DNA of 64,000 bases from Octopus vulgaris (GCA_951406725.2 OX597838.1:40548001-40612000), one strand, 5' to 3'; positions 27,324 to 42,100 are shown, counted from the stretch's first letter. Numbers and translations: made by a program. The notes: a model not told the origin generated them from the sequence alone.

Positions 27324-28360
27324 CAGTGGTTGGAAAAAATAATATAAACACCTTATATAGAAATGTTATTTAATACGGAGCTGTTCCATTTTTGACATCA
27401 ATTACAGATTTGATGTATTAATATATCAACTCCGTACGTGTCCGGAACGGCTGTGAGGGCAATTCTGAGTCATAATTCTTTCTGTGTTGATGATAGAGGA
27501 TAACAGTTACTTGCTGCTCAAAATGCACCATAAATGTTCGATTATATTGCGATCTGGTGATTTAATTCAGTGATCGGCGTCACTTTTGTGGTACTAATTT
27601 TAAATAACATTAGTTGTGTGTACCATTGCATTAATATCCGGGAAGATTGCGTTGCCATCCGGAAGCAATACTTGTACCTTCGATGGTCATGGTCAGCCGA
27701 AATGCCCAGATCATCCTTGGGATTAACTCTGCCATGTACAGCAACTAAAGGGCCAAGAGAAAATTCCGTGATATCATCATAGCGTTACCACCATGTTTCA
27801 CAATAGGGGTCAAGCAGTGAAGTTTCTTGGGCTGTCTCCAGGCATAAACTCACCCGAAAGTGTGGAAAATGGTGAATAATGATTTATTAGAGATGATGAC
27901 ATTGTCCATCGGGCTATTGGCCATATTTGGGTAGTCGAGACACCATTTTTACTGCTTATCAACTTTGATAAGGAGCAGGGAAGCGTTAGCAATTGCAGCC
28001 CCAAGCTCCACACCCATTGTATCTAGCTTCATAGGGCTCAAACGGTTTCGGATCAGTTTTTATTGGCCCAGATGGTGGTTTAGATCTGCCGTCCTTTTTG
28101 CAGCAGAGGTTCGATGACTTTTTAGACAATGTATTTCGCTATTTTGCGGCACATTTCTGTGAGGTTTGCTTTGCACCCTGAATTACACTTGCCAAATCTG
28201 GTTTGACCCTGACTTGCGAGTATAAATCTGTTGAGACCGTACATCTTGAAACATTAAATAATTTAACCGTTTTAATGATTGAAATTCCAGTCATCCAAAG
28301 TCCTACAATTAGTCCTCTTTGAAAATTAGTTTGGTCAGGCATTTTAACTTATACCTCGAA
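27324..28360 (-). mobile_element. Degraded Tc1-like DNA transposon
   Basis: TA|CAGTGGTTGGAAAAAATAATATAAACACC terminal repeat. Minus-strand N-terminus MPDQTNFQRGLIVG...LFNVSRCTVS matches the Tc1 paired-like HTH, and a degraded SPDRNIIEHLW lies near the 3' end. Confidence 0.8.
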
Positions 28361-29755
28361 AATAATATCTGGAAAAAGAAAATAAACAAAGACGGCGGGT
28401 CATGTCATGAAATATATCGAATGGATCGATGTGAATTCATCACATCATCAATAAAAATGAGTCTATGTCTACAGGCGAGAAGAGTTAAAGAGTTGAAGTA
28501 AATAATACTAATGAAATAATCAAGGATATTAATTTTGCAGCTGGATCGTTCTTCAGTCACAACTGGAAGTTCCACCGTTTCAGGATCTCCTGGGGATGGG
28601 ATTAAACCCACATTTTGCTAAATGCTCATCTCCAAGCTTGCGATATTCGGGATTTCATTTTCATTGCAAACGATATATGTGATTACCATTTTTACTTATT
28701 TGTTTGAGGGTGTCATGACAACTATTGTAGTATTTTTTGCTTGGAGTTATTTATACATTTATATACTTTTTTGCGGCAAGCACTGATCTGGAGGTGTCTG
28801 GGTGAAATTTTCTACCTGAATAACTGAATAGTCCAACCGTACACTCGTAATTATATACAGATGACTTGTCTTATTTATCGTTTATTCTCAAGAACCGAAA
28901 TAACAACTTCAGTAAAAGAAACTTGACAATATCTCATGAAGAAACCGTTTTTAATACAAAAGCGACTGGTTGCAATAATTCCTTGGCATCAAATTGTTTT
29001 AAGGAAACCGATGTAATAGACACAAATACGAAGTAATAGGAAAAAAACAAAACAGAATGAACAATTTCTCTGGTATATTCCTTCATTTTCGATTAATGTG
29101 AGTACAAAATTAAGCACAAAATTGCTTTAGCTCGTAAAATAATTCATTTTTCACACGGAAATTAAGCAAAGATGATTTTATTTTTAAATTTGACTTTAAT
29201 GATGTGCATTAATAATTTTGTAATAGCTATGAAGAATAAAAAAAGAATGAAGAATTTAAATAAGTAGACGTTTGGAAACGAAGCGAGAGAGACGCAATTG
29301 ATTGCACTGAGTGAAAGACGCCTCGAGGAATTTGTAATGTATGCAGTCGCTGTAAAAATACATTATAAATATAAATAGCATCGATGATACAGGTTTGACG
29401 GTGAACTAATTCAGAAGTACTATTATAACAGGGGAAGTGGAGAGGATAGGTGTACTCCACATTTCATGAAATGGCCACCTTTAGATCCCAATGTACAACT
29501 AACCAGAACAAGTCAACGAGTACATGAAGTACATTTTAGTACCAGTTTCTGTCTAAAAGACAGAAACAAGTACTAAATTGTACTTATTTAGCATTTTCTA
29601 CCTGGTCTTATTTTCATTATACATATCAAGTCGTGTGTCACTTTTCTACCGTTTAATACAGGGTTCGGGGTTCAAGGTTTTGATGCATTTACACTCTAAA
29701 CTACAAAACCTCCTACAAAGGCGATGTGTGCACCACATAATTATACGAGAATAGA

Positions 29756-30245
29756 TGGTTAAAGAAAGAACTGTGTTGATTCAGAAGGACCCAGCCAAGT
29801 GTGCCGTGGCCAATAACTATCGTTCGATTGCTTGTTTAAGGATGATAGGAAGGATATTGTACGACCATCTCGAAAGAAATGAACTGTTAACAGATAAACA
29901 GAAAGGCTGAAGGAAGGGATCTTGAGGAGGAAAGGATCAGTTGCTGATTGATAAAACAATTCTTAAGAATTGCCGAAGAAGGTTGGCGAGTCAATCAGTG
30001 GCTTCGGTTGACTATAAGAAGGCATATGACATGGTTCCTCTGTCGTGAATTCTGAAGTGCTCGGGGATGATCGGGGCAATGAAAAATTATGATTTATTTG
30101 TTGAAAATCAATATGAGAAACTAGAAGACAGTTTTACAGCAGGTTGAAGACAGGTTGAACAAGTCGACATCAAGAGGGAAATCTTTCAAGAAGGCTCCTG
30201 TTTATTGTTTGTATGTTACCATTCTGCATGGTTCTGAGAAAGTCG
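29756..30245 (+). mobile_element. Old R4/Dong-like RT fragment
   Basis: RTVLIQKDPAK..NNYRSIACL, DQLLIDKTILKNCRRR, VDYKKAYDMVP. Confidence 0.8.
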
Positions 30246-33200
30246 TAGATAGCCGATGCTCCACATGGAGCAAAGGGCTTAAGTAAATAAATATATTTTA
30301 ACGCACATTGTGTCCATTGATACATTTATCAAATGATAATAATCTCCATTGACCGAAGAACACAGAGTTGCCAACAAACAACCACCTTTGTTAGACTTTA
30401 GAATAATTTGCTTTTGTCAAAGCATCGTCTGTATTTCGTTTCAAGAATCTCCGCTCGTTTCTACTTCAAAAAATCGATTGACGTTTTTCATTACCAGCAA
30501 AAAGACGAAAATACGTTACCTGAATTAATGCAAGTTAATAAACGAATAAATTATTTTCGCTTTTAGTTAATTCATTGACACTTAAAAAAGAAAAAAAAAA
30601 ATTCAGAAATGTGTTTGTAGATGAGATTTCAATAATAAGGTTTGTTGCAGCAACTTCATCGAGTGAACTTCAAAAAATAGCTTCCAGTAGATTTAATTTC
30701 AGGAAGAGTATGAAGTGTGCTTCACTTCCGAATACGTTGAAAACGTTGAAGAGGACCGTCAGGTGGAGGATCCTCTTCAGAGACCAAAAGAAAGACAGGA
30801 TAGCGATCTGAGGAAAGTGAAGATTAGCAGAAGCTCAATGTAGTTTCGAAATGCATAAATTAGGAGAGGAAATATATAATACCGGTTCCATGGAAACAGA
30901 TATAAAGATTACCATTGTCTGAGAACAATAAAATAAGAAAGAATTTAGGAGAAACGTTGTTCAAGTAAATGATTATAGAAAATGTGGATTTGGCAGGGCC
31001 CGCAAAAATATGAATTGGTTGACTCATAATTGGGTTCAGTTTCATTGCGTCTTATCTTGAAAAAGCGTCTTCTACGATAGCCTCAGGTCGATTAATGCAA
31101 TGGGAGTGAATTTGGTTGACGAACACTGTTTGGATCAGCGGTTCGGTTAAAGAGACCGATAAAATAATTATGAGACTTAATAAGTACGGGTTTGTATTAT
31201 TTGTTTGACTAAACACTTCAAGGTGGTGCCCGAGCATAGCCGCAGTCTAATATACAGAAACAAGTCAAAGATAACCAAAAGAACTACAACAACAACAACA
31301 ACTGTCAAATGATTATTAGAAAAAGATGGGGGAACGCTGTCAACAATGTCGTGCCAAGAAATGGTATTCAGAAGAACCAATTTTGTGCTGCTTGGGAAAC
31401 AATTTCGCAACGTAACAAAAGCCTCCTGAATTTCTACAGAATTTGCTTCTAAATAATCTTATAACATAATAATTCACCGGTTATGACATTCACGAGGAAC
31501 ATCTTTAGGAAATGACAAAGAACAAGACAGACTTTCCATTCTGCAGAACTAAAAACCTCAGAGATACTATTAAGACTTGCAGAATAACCATCTGCCAGTA
31601 TCTGATGATTCTTTTCTCACGAATTTCAGTTGCATTCTTTCATGAATGGCAACGAAACAAAATCACAACAAATATTAACCAATAACCACGGCAGATTCAA
31701 GTTATGCAGTCATGAGGTTACACGAAATATTCTCCCGCCAAAACCACATGTGCGTCGATATCTTAAAATATGCGACGGGGCACAAAAAAACATCAGAATA
31801 GAAGACTCTCTCCACCCCTAACCCCATGCCTAATTACTGAACAGGATCAGAGATATATAGTGAAAATGTCCCTGGTTAAAATTCGGTGAAAATGCTTGAT
31901 GACCAGCAGGAAATTTCTTTTTGTAACAAAGGTCATTTGAATGGATATGTAAAATGAACAGGGTCAGTGGCACCGCTAGACTGTAAAACATTTTAACTAC
32001 GGCAGATATTGTAAGGAGCCGAGGTGAAGGATTCCACTTCGATCATTTTATGGTATAGAATAAGTAACTATATATTACAGCTGAGTGGACAGAAGCAGCA
32101 TGATATGAAATGTTCTGCCCAAGAGCACAAGTCACAACCGGTCTGGGACTCGAAACCGCGATCTCGCGATCGTGAGTGCAACAACTAAACCACTGGGCCA
32201 CTCGTCTTCTTATATGTGCACGGTGCACAAGCATGCATGTGCACAGCTAAACTTGCACTTGTACTTGAGTGTATGTCTCACGTAAGAAGCACACAGGTCG
32301 TTCCAAGTTCTATGAACGGTTGTTTTAAGAATATGCATTTTAAACATTTAAGCTCCCAAATCCAACCAGAACAAGACCATTTCTAGAACTAACATAAACT
32401 CTACCAATTGTAACATTTCCTGTTTTGTATTTTAAGATCTTGTTTGTGATACCACAATAAGGGAGAGCGATGGCAAATGTTGTGTAAACAGTGCCAGAAA
32501 GACGAAAGATGTTACAGTTATGTTTAAGAGAAATCTTAGTGAAATCCCCACTTTTTTTTACAAATGGATCTCATTTGTGTCCATACATATCAGTTTCTCT
32601 TTATATCTAGTGTCTTCTTTTCTCTGTGCGTGTCTTCTTTTCTCAGTAAGATCAGATATTATTTGCCAGGGGAAGCACAGATATATTTTTTGTATTATAC
32701 ACCGTATATTTATGGCTCGATGTTTCTATATTTGTTGAAAGTTGGTTGGATTTTTCGTTCTTAATGTTAGGTCTCCGATCGCTATTTTATACACATGCTA
32801 CTTAGCAGTAATTAGGATGTCTGATAATTTATTGAAACTTGTGTGAGTTTTAATGGGGATTATTTTTTTCCTCCATTTTTTATACATTTGCTAAATTCCA
32901 ATTTCTGATACTAACCGTTCATGAAACGATCTGTTACCAGTAAATCGTTGCACAAATCTAAATCAATATTAACGAAGTTAATCATGTTAACATCTAACAG
33001 ATCTGTGACTTCTTTACTCACCCAAATGGAATTATTTATATGTGTGTGTGGGTGAGACATGTGTCCTAACTCATCAGACTTTTCTCTCTCTACACTTGAA
33101 TGATCCAGGCGGTAAGTGTGATGGTGTCAATAGAATATTTCAGCGTATTTGTTGCAGCTCTACGCTATGCGTTCAAATCCTAGCGAGGTTTCAACATGGC

Positions 33201-34054
33201 CACTCATTCTTTCGAGGACGATAAAAAATATATCGCCGTTAATCTAAGGCTGTGGATCGGTGGAGTTGTAAGACCATCGGAACAGACGTCGTGCGGTGTT
33301 GTGCTTGTTCAGGTTCTTTCTTATCTGAGTTCAAATCATGCCGTGACCTACGTGAGAGATTCCATTCGGGGACAGGTTTGCTGTGTAAGGATAGGTTTCC
33401 TCCTTCCCACTAGTCTGCGAGGCCCTGCAAAAGATTGTGGGTGCAACTGCCTTCTGTCCTGACTGAACATATTTAATTAATCAATGAGGGAATCTTTTAG
33501 TCGTTCCTGCATTGATCCTATTTAAGATAGTAGAGGGTGATTTGAGGGAGATTTGGCTGCTAACTCCAGCACAGGTGGAGCTATCAAGTACAGTAACCCT
33601 ACTGCCACTTCTATTAACATCGTTGCCATAAGTTACAACTATTGTTGCTCTTGCTGCTCCTGCTACTACTACCACAACCACCACCACCACCACTACTATT
33701 ATATTCTATTGATGTCTTAATATGGTGATCACGTGAATAACTTCTTTGATCTCAAAGGTAAACAAACCAACAAAACATCACCTTTAATGCCGCCATTAAC
33801 ACTCTCCCCCATCCTCACCACATCACTACCTTTTAGCCTCAGCCCACAACATCGCCATATCTTCTGCTCTATCTTCCCCCTCCTCCTCATCCCCCGCCTT
33901 TCCTACGCCTTCTTTCTATCTATTTCTTCTTGCCGATCCCCCACCACCACCAAAGGCGATTACGCAGGGAGTTAGAAACCTTCCTTTCTCAAAAAGTTCG
34001 ACTTCATCCTCTTCTTTCCCTCCTGCTCCTCCTCCTCATCATCATCATCATCTT

Positions 34055-34190
34055 CAGCAGCAGCGGCAGCAGCAGCGGCAGCAGCGCCGGAGCAACAGCG
34101 GCAGCAGCAGCGGCAGCAGCAGCGGCAGCAGCAGCGGCAGCAGCAGCGGCAGCAGCGCCGGAGCAGCAGCGGCAGCAGCAGCGACAGCAG
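34055..34190. repeat. GC-rich (CAGCAGCGGCAG)n minisatellite
   Basis: 12-bp unit array with two GCGCCGGAGC variant units. Confidence 0.9.
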
Positions 34191-34498
34191 CCACATCCAC
34201 ATCCTCGTCAAAATCGTCGTTTGTCCTCAACATCGATATATGACAATGAAATAACGATGGAGGCACCGAGAGGCTACTCAACTTTCCAGAAATAGTATGC
34301 ATTTCTACCTCAATTTCACAATCACCTGGTAATATAATTCTGGACGTAGTAGTCACGACTGGAAAGTCTTTGATCATTAGATCTATTTATTCATTAAATC
34401 TGTTCTTGCGCTAAAGAACAGCTGTAACTACAATACCAACAACACCAACAGCGATAGTATAGAGACTTGTTTTGACTCTCATGTTGAAGAAAAATATT

Positions 34499-35098
34499 TA
34501 TTTCTTTATTGCGCACAGAAGGGTGGGGGCTAAACAGAGGGGACAAACAAGGATAGACAAAGGAATTAAGTCGATTACATCGACCCCAGTACGTAACTGG
34601 TACTTATCTAATCGAGCCCGAAAGGATGAAAGGCAAAGTCAACCTCGGCTGAATTTGAACTCAGAACGTAACGGCAGACGAAATACCTATTTCTTTACTA
34701 CCCACAAGGGGCTAAACACAGAGGGAACAAACAAGGACAGACATAGGTATTAAGTCGATTACATCGACCCCAGTGCGTAACTGGTACTTAATTTATCGAC
34801 CCCGAAAGGATGAAAGGCAAAGTCGACCTCGGCGGAATTTGAACTCACAACGTAACGCAGACGAAATACCTATTTCTTTATTACCCACAAGGGGCTAAAC
34901 ACAGAGGGAACAAACAAGGACAGACATAGGTATTAAGTCGATTACATCGACCCCAGTGCGTAACTGGTACTTAATTTATCGACCCCGAAAGGATGAAAGG
35001 CAAAGTCGACCTCGGCGGAATTTGAACTCAACGTAACGCAGACGAAATACCGTTAAGCATTTCGCCCGGCGTGCTAACGTTTCTGCCAGCTCGCCGCC
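34499..35098 (-). mobile_element. SINE family C trimer (one head, three tandem bodies)
   Basis: Units start at 34499, 34688 and 34871. There is a single GGCGGCGAGCTGGCAG head at the 35098 end. Confidence 0.92.
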
Positions 35099-35422
35099 TT
35101 GAAGAAGAGAAATATTGAAGTGAGATGCTTTAAGTCTTGTTTTCATTATATTTAGGGGATTGGCTGAGTTATTTAGAGTCCTGGATAAAATACCCTGTTC
35201 TTTATGTTCTGGGTTCAAATCCGGATGAGGGATTTCAACTTTACTTCTATTTTTCCAAGTTCGGGTTGGAGCAAAAGGGATGAAATTAATTAACAGTCAA
35301 AGTCATCGCAATCCTTTGGGTTTTGAGTACATTCAGAGGAAATTAACTCTGGTGATAGCTTCAAGAAGATACGTTCGGTTCGACAACAACTGCCTCCTCC
35401 TAACGTTGGCGATCTTCCATTT

Positions 35423-35464
35423 TGATGATGATGAGGGAGATGAGGATGAAGACTATGATGGTGA

Positions 35465-35498
<34 letters not shown>

Positions 35499-35582
35499 GG
35501 TGGTGGTGTTGGTGGTGGTGTTGGTGGTGGTGTTGGTGGTGGTGGTGGTGGTGGTGGTGGTGGTGGTGGTGGTGATGATGAA
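35423..35582. repeat. (GAT)n/(GGT)n microsatellite
   Basis: Seen directly in the sequence. Confidence 0.95.
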
Positions 35583-35837
35583 TGCGATTGAGGACTGACT
35601 AATATGAACTGGTGATTCAATGGTTACTAATGGTATAGGTGAGTTGAAGGGAGGATTGGAAGGAAATAGATGAGAAGATATGGAGGAGGAGGAGGCGGCG
35701 GCAAAGATGATGATGAGAACATGGGTGTAGGCGGAGGTTAAAATGCAGTGATGGTCGGAGGAGCTGATGCCTGTAGTGTGAATAGTGATGGTTCGTTTAG
35801 CGCTTGAGATCAAACGGTTTTTGGTTTTGTATTTCAG

Positions 35838-35938
35838 GTGCAGCTGCCAAGTTGCAACAGCTTCAATCAGATGGGCTTTAGAGAATCGAGGAATGTTATG
35901 AGAAGCAACCCCTTTACCTGGACCCTGCAAGGAAAAAG
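35838..35938 (+). other. Candidate isolated exon (101 nt)
   Basis: TTTTGTATTTCAG|G acceptor and AAG|GTAACA donor. One frame is open (VQLPSCNSFNQMGFRESRNVMRSNPFTWTLQGK); no homology recognised. Confidence 0.25.
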
Positions 35939-38186
35939 GTAACAAAGAAATCCCTCGCGCTCTAGCTTTTCTTCCCTTCAATGCCTTTTTCCAGATGACA
36001 AATTGATAAAAGCAAAGATGGCCTATTCTGAGATTTGAACTCAGAATATAAAGAGACGCAATAAAATATCTCCTGTCGTTTTATTATCATTTTGTCACCA
36101 ACATCAATAACACCACCGCCGCTGCCATCACCACCACCATACCACCGGACAACCACTACTATTGCAGCAGCGCCACCACCATCACCATCACTGACTAATG
36201 ACGTTTTTACTCCAAACACAAGCCTTCGCAATAGATATTTGGACCTTTAAGCAGTGACTAACACTGCCACCGACTTCTCCACCACCAACAACACCGACAG
36301 CACCATTTCAACCTCCTCCAGCACCAACAACAAAAACCACAGCGCAAGTTCTACCACCAACTACATCACGATAACATCCACCACCACCACCACCACCACT
36401 ATCAGTATCGTCACGCTCAGAGCAACCACTACCATGCTACCACTAATGCTACAACTACCATATCGATCACAAAACCCTGACGCTTCTGTGCTTTTTATCT
36501 ATTTTGATCTGTTAGAGGAATTCGATTCCAGAATCCGGAAGGGTTTGTCATGAACTTTCAATGCCACAATACGTTCTACTTCCCAAATCCCAAAAACAAT
36601 CCCCTTCGTCAATTTCCCCTCTGGTTTTTTGGGTTTTTTTTTTTAGTTTCCGAGGAATTCGTTCCACTCGCCACATCTTCTGGATACAGATCTTTCAGAC
36701 CCCCTCTACAAATCGTCTCACATGTCCCCAATACACTCTCTCTACTCTAACTTCACCCTAAAAACATGACGTCTCCTTTTTACGTAGACTCCACTTTTCA
36801 CTGAAACTCTCATCTTTCATCTGGGTATCAGTAATACTAACTCCCAATTACTCTGGATCAAAATCTCCTTCTTCACTCCCTTCCTAATACATCTGTGCCC
36901 TCCACAAATCTTCTGACTCCTCAGACCATTAAAATCTCTTCGCCTGTATCTTCTCTTGCACTAAGGACATTTATCACCCTTCACTTAAGTCATCGTCCTT
37001 TGGCACTTCGATATTTACAATTCTTTATCGCAGTTTAAATCATCCCACAACGAATCCACCAAAACAGAAACCAGATCTTTACTAATTTTCAGCTCTCTTC
37101 AACCACTTCTTTCATCCCCTCCGTAAATCCTAGAGCAGCTTTCTGATATTCCAAACACACTTCATCACTTTTGCACCGCCAAACCTAATCAAAGTCAATC
37201 TGGAGCCGTCTCTTCACCTGTCTAATAATCTGCCTCATCCCGTCAACCTTATATACATCCACATATCATACGATCACTCCTATGCCCTGAGTTCTTTGGT
37301 TCTTCATGTTAGTCAACTGGTCAGAGCTCCATTAGTTTTACGCCAACAACCGCTGGGAGTATATGAACTTCACTCTTGACCAGTCAGAAACAACTCGGCA
37401 AATGATTAAACAATTTTGCATTTCCAACACCACAAAAATCCGATGACCCAAGATCCCGCAAATAGTGTGTTCAGAATTGTGCTGAAACTGTTTTAGCACA
37501 AAGGAGGGCTAGCTATTCATCCACTCCTCAAAAGTTGAATTTTCTATCCTCCTTCTTTGAGAGACGGGTGGAGCACATATCTGGGCAGTTGTAATAAGAG
37601 CCTTACGAATGTAGTTGACAGTAGTGCTGACGTGGAGGGCATTGCTGTTAGGTAAGAGCCTATCGAGAGATCAAGGAGACGAGTGGGCCATCAGGGTTCA
37701 TTAGATGCGGGCGAGACCGACAATTTATCCGCACAGCGACCCCTCAGATTCTCTGCCCTCTTTACAAATAACTCCACACTACATTCACTTGGTAAATCTC
37801 CTCCATTTCTATTTCAGGGGTCGCTATCCATCCGGTGCTCTTGTCCCATTCGTCTCTCCTCCTTTTCTCGTTACCCTCGTTGTATCCAACACCCCAGCAA
37901 GTACCAGGTTAGTCACGTGTTCCCATTCCTTCTTTTCCCTAAACGTTCTCCCTCCGGTATTCTCTTTCTGCTCGTTTATTTCCCGCATTAATGCCAACAG
38001 TCTTTCTAAGAGGGTCTGCAAAGGCGATGGGCGCTGCCCCTTTTCTCCAGACACAGTAAGAAGCAACATCAACAACAACAACAAGACAGACATCAAAGCT
38101 GCTACATCACCGCCGCTGCAACCAATCAAAACAACAACAAAACGCCACCAACACCAACACAACCTCTTTCAGCATCGAAACATTGT

Positions 38187-38360
38187 CACCACCACCACCA
38201 CCACTACAACCACCACCACCACCACCACCACTACAACCACCACCACCACCACCACCACTACAACCACCACCACTACAACCACCACCACTACAACCAACAC
38301 CACCACAACCACCACCACCACCACCACCACTACAACCACCACCACTACAACCACCCCCCA
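38187..38360. repeat. (CCA)n/CTACAA compound repeat
   Basis: Seen directly in the sequence. Confidence 0.95.
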
Positions 38361-39164
38361 CTCATATCGTTACCACCATTTCTGGAAAGGAAAAAAATAA
38401 CCGATGCGATGGTCATTACTGGAGTATTTTGTATCAGAAATCTGTACTATAAGGCGTCGACTAAGGGTTAAACATCATCAGCAATAACAACAACAGCTGT
38501 GTAGCAGCACTAACAATAACAACAACACCATCCACAACGGCATCAACAACAACAACTGCAACGTCGCCCATTATCCATTCCAATAACAACAGATTCTCTT
38601 CGTTGTCGTCGTCGTCGTCGTCGTCATTCTAAAGCAACGCCATTACAACGACAACCAACAGCAGCAGCAGCAGCAGCAGCAAAAGTAACACGTGACCTCT
38701 GACCCTCACGTTCCTCAACCAATAATGCGATCCAAAAATATATCTTTGAATTTCCAGATCTACCAGTGCCACAGCTAACACCAATCACCACTGTTACTAC
38801 CACCACCACTACCACCACCACCGCCGCAGCCCACTCTTTTACCGTCTTCATCTTCGCAACAACAACTACTACTACTACTACTACGCTACCACCACGACTA
38901 CCACCACCTCTGTTCTGCTGGCACCAATACTACCATCATCAATACACCAAACACCACCACCACCACCACCACCACTACTACTACTGCTACTACTAGCACC
39001 ATTATCGCCCACCTACTACCACGGAAACCACTCCTAACTGCTGTTACAACTACAACTGTAGCCATCACAGCGACCATTTTCACGCATCGGCTAACCACAA
39101 ATACCACCACCTCCACCATCTTCGGACAACATCTCATCGCCATCATCAACGTCACCATCACCAC

Positions 39165-40160
39165 GCCACCACCACCGCCGCCACCACCACTCACCACCAC
39201 CACTGCAACCACTCACCATTACCACCGCCGCCACCACCACTCACCACCACCACTGCCACCACTCACCATCACCACCGCCGCTACCACCACCGCCACTACT
39301 CACCATCGCCATCGCCACTCACCACCGCCACCACTCACCACCGCCGCCACCACCACTCACCACCACCACTGCCACCACTCACCATCACCACCGCCCACCC
39401 ACCACCACCACCACCACCACTCACCATCACCACCGCCGCTACCACCACCGCCACCCCTCACCATCGCCATCGCCACTCACCACCGCCACCACTCACCACC
39501 GCCGCCACCACCACTGCCACCACACACATCACCATCGCCATCGCCACTCACCACTCACCACCACTCACCACCGCCGCCACCACCACTCACCACCACCACT
39601 GCCACCACTCACCATCACCACCGCCGCCACCACCACTCACCACCACCACTGCCACCACTCACCACCACCGCCGCCCCACTCACCATCGCCATCGCCACTC
39701 ACCACCGCCACCACTCACCACCGCCGCCACCACCACTCACCACCGCCGCCACCACCACTCACCACCACCACTGCCACCACTCACCATCACCACCGCCGCC
39801 ACCACCACCGCCACCACCACCACCGCCACCACTCACCATCGCCATCGCCATCACCACCACCACACCCGCCACCACTGCCACCACTCACCATCACCACCGC
39901 CGCCACCACCACCGCCACCACTCACCACCACCACCACCACCACCACTCACCATCACCACCGCCACCACTCACCATCACCACCGCCGCCACCACCACCACC
40001 GCCACCACCGCCACCACCGCCACCACTCACCATCGCCATCGCCACTCACCACCGCCACCACTCACCACCACCACACCACTCACCATCACCTCCGCCACCA
40101 CTCACCATCACCGCCGCCACCACCGCCGCCACCGCCACCGCCACCACCACCCACCACCGC
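39165..40160. repeat. About 1-kb C-rich compound minisatellite built from CCA, CCG, CACT and CATCGC modules
   Basis: Seen directly; higher-order units of about 49 bp recur. Confidence 0.95.
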
Positions 40161-40800
40161 ACTCCTAAACGATATCTCTAAATCCACATTTGCTTCACAG
40201 CTACAGCAACAAGATCCACAGATTCATTAACAACAACTTTACGATCCTCACCGCCGCCGCCGCCGCCGCCTTCCCCTTCACCATCATCGTCATCGTCATC
40301 ACAATCATCATCATGGCTATCACTACGAAGCCATCATCACGTTTCATTCATTTAAATGAAATACCGCAATATATCCGACGTACGGACAGATCCAGTTCTG
40401 CATTACAGAGATTTACGCGCAGACGCACTCACTCACACATCTGCAAACAACAGACAACACACGCACTCATTCGCAAAGACCTTTACACACAGAGAAAACC
40501 ACGGCTGCGCAGTCATAAAGCACTGACGCAAAAAGTTTAAAGCTAAAAAAATATACAAAATGAGATTGAATTCCTCTCTCCTTCTCCTTCTCCCCCCATT
40601 TATCACATACATACACGCATACATACACACATACATATACACATATGCACAGACACAAGGCAATACACGGACACAGTGATACAGATGGACAGACACACAC
40701 ACATAATGTAGTCAATCTGGAAAATTGAAATTACCACCACAAAACACACACACGTATGCATACATACACATAGAGAGAGATTAATATGGGTAAACATGAG

Positions 40801-40832
<32 letters not shown>

Positions 40833-42058
40833 AGTATATATGTGTGTATATATGCATGTAAGATTATATGTGTACGTGTGTGTGTGTGTGCATACATTCA
40901 TAAATGCGAGCATTCACATACGCTCTCCCTTCCGTAACAATCGTAGAAATACTTTATTAACAAACACCCTTCCCCTGCCCGATGCCATTACCAAGTTAAA
41001 AACTGAAATGGTTCGATCATCTAATCATATGGCCATCCAATAAGAAGTCAGCGCTGGTGCTCCACAAAAACATCCCAAGTCCCAATCAAAATGGTGTCCA
41101 GTGTCTTAGAGTTCTGACCGTTCAGATTAAAATGATCTTCATCCAACAATATGATGCCACCTGGTGAAGATTTTGGGGAGATTAGGCTGCTATTTATAGC
41201 AAGAGGAGTTAACACATATTACAATGATGGCTAACTTAATTAGACCGTTGAACAGAAATTTTAATTTGTTTAATAATGCCCTTATTACAGCATCACATTT
41301 ATTTTAGGTAGCCGTAAATATTTTATAATATAGCATTGTAGGGAGAATTTTTATTTTCAAAATACATCACGTGTCAACTAAAATTCATCACGTGGCATCT
41401 AAAATAACTTGGCATGTAAATTGCTAACTTTCGCTCTATGCTCGCCCTCATAGGTTTGCAATTCGAACCCTTTGAAAGAAACAGTTCCACTTCTATGAGT
41501 AAGGAACATAAACTCTAATTATATTATAGTTTGTCTTGAAGAGGAATATATAACGTTTCGGTCGATAAACCACCATCAGGAAGAGAGATTTTTGTAATTT
41601 AGCTACATGTCTGTTATCAATGACTACACCTTTCTTCAATGATGCTCCTCCTCCTTTTCAGACATAATATGCCTAGAACTACATTAAATAATCTGTCCAT
41701 CCCTGTTTAAGATGGTAGCATATAACCTGACGCATGTTTGGTTGTTATTTTTAGCATTAGTACACTGAGTGACCTCATAGAAATATACGTTTTTGATTAG
41801 TAGATATATGTGTGTATGCGTGTGTATCTATTTACACACAGACACAAGACTCATACGAATTGGCTAAAATAATCAATATAGTCTCACTCACACTATATAT
41901 ACACATATGCACACATGCATATAAAAATATCCTTTGCATATTAAATACCCGCAGCGTTAAACAGATATCTGGTATTGGAACAGTCCTTATAAATATACAT
42001 CGTATCACACATTGAAGAGAGCAGAGGAACAATATTTCTCGCTCTCCTTCTATTTCTC

Positions 42059-42100
<42 letters not shown>

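Noticed and set aside
33930-34295. Poly-Ala/poly-Gln ORF resembling a transcription-factor tract
   Set aside because: It is a 12-bp minisatellite with low-complexity flanks. No domain and no convincing splice context.
36540-37700. Pyrimidine-rich stretch that may be a decayed minus-strand retroelement ORF
   Set aside because: I could not read any diagnostic motif, so it is left unannotated.
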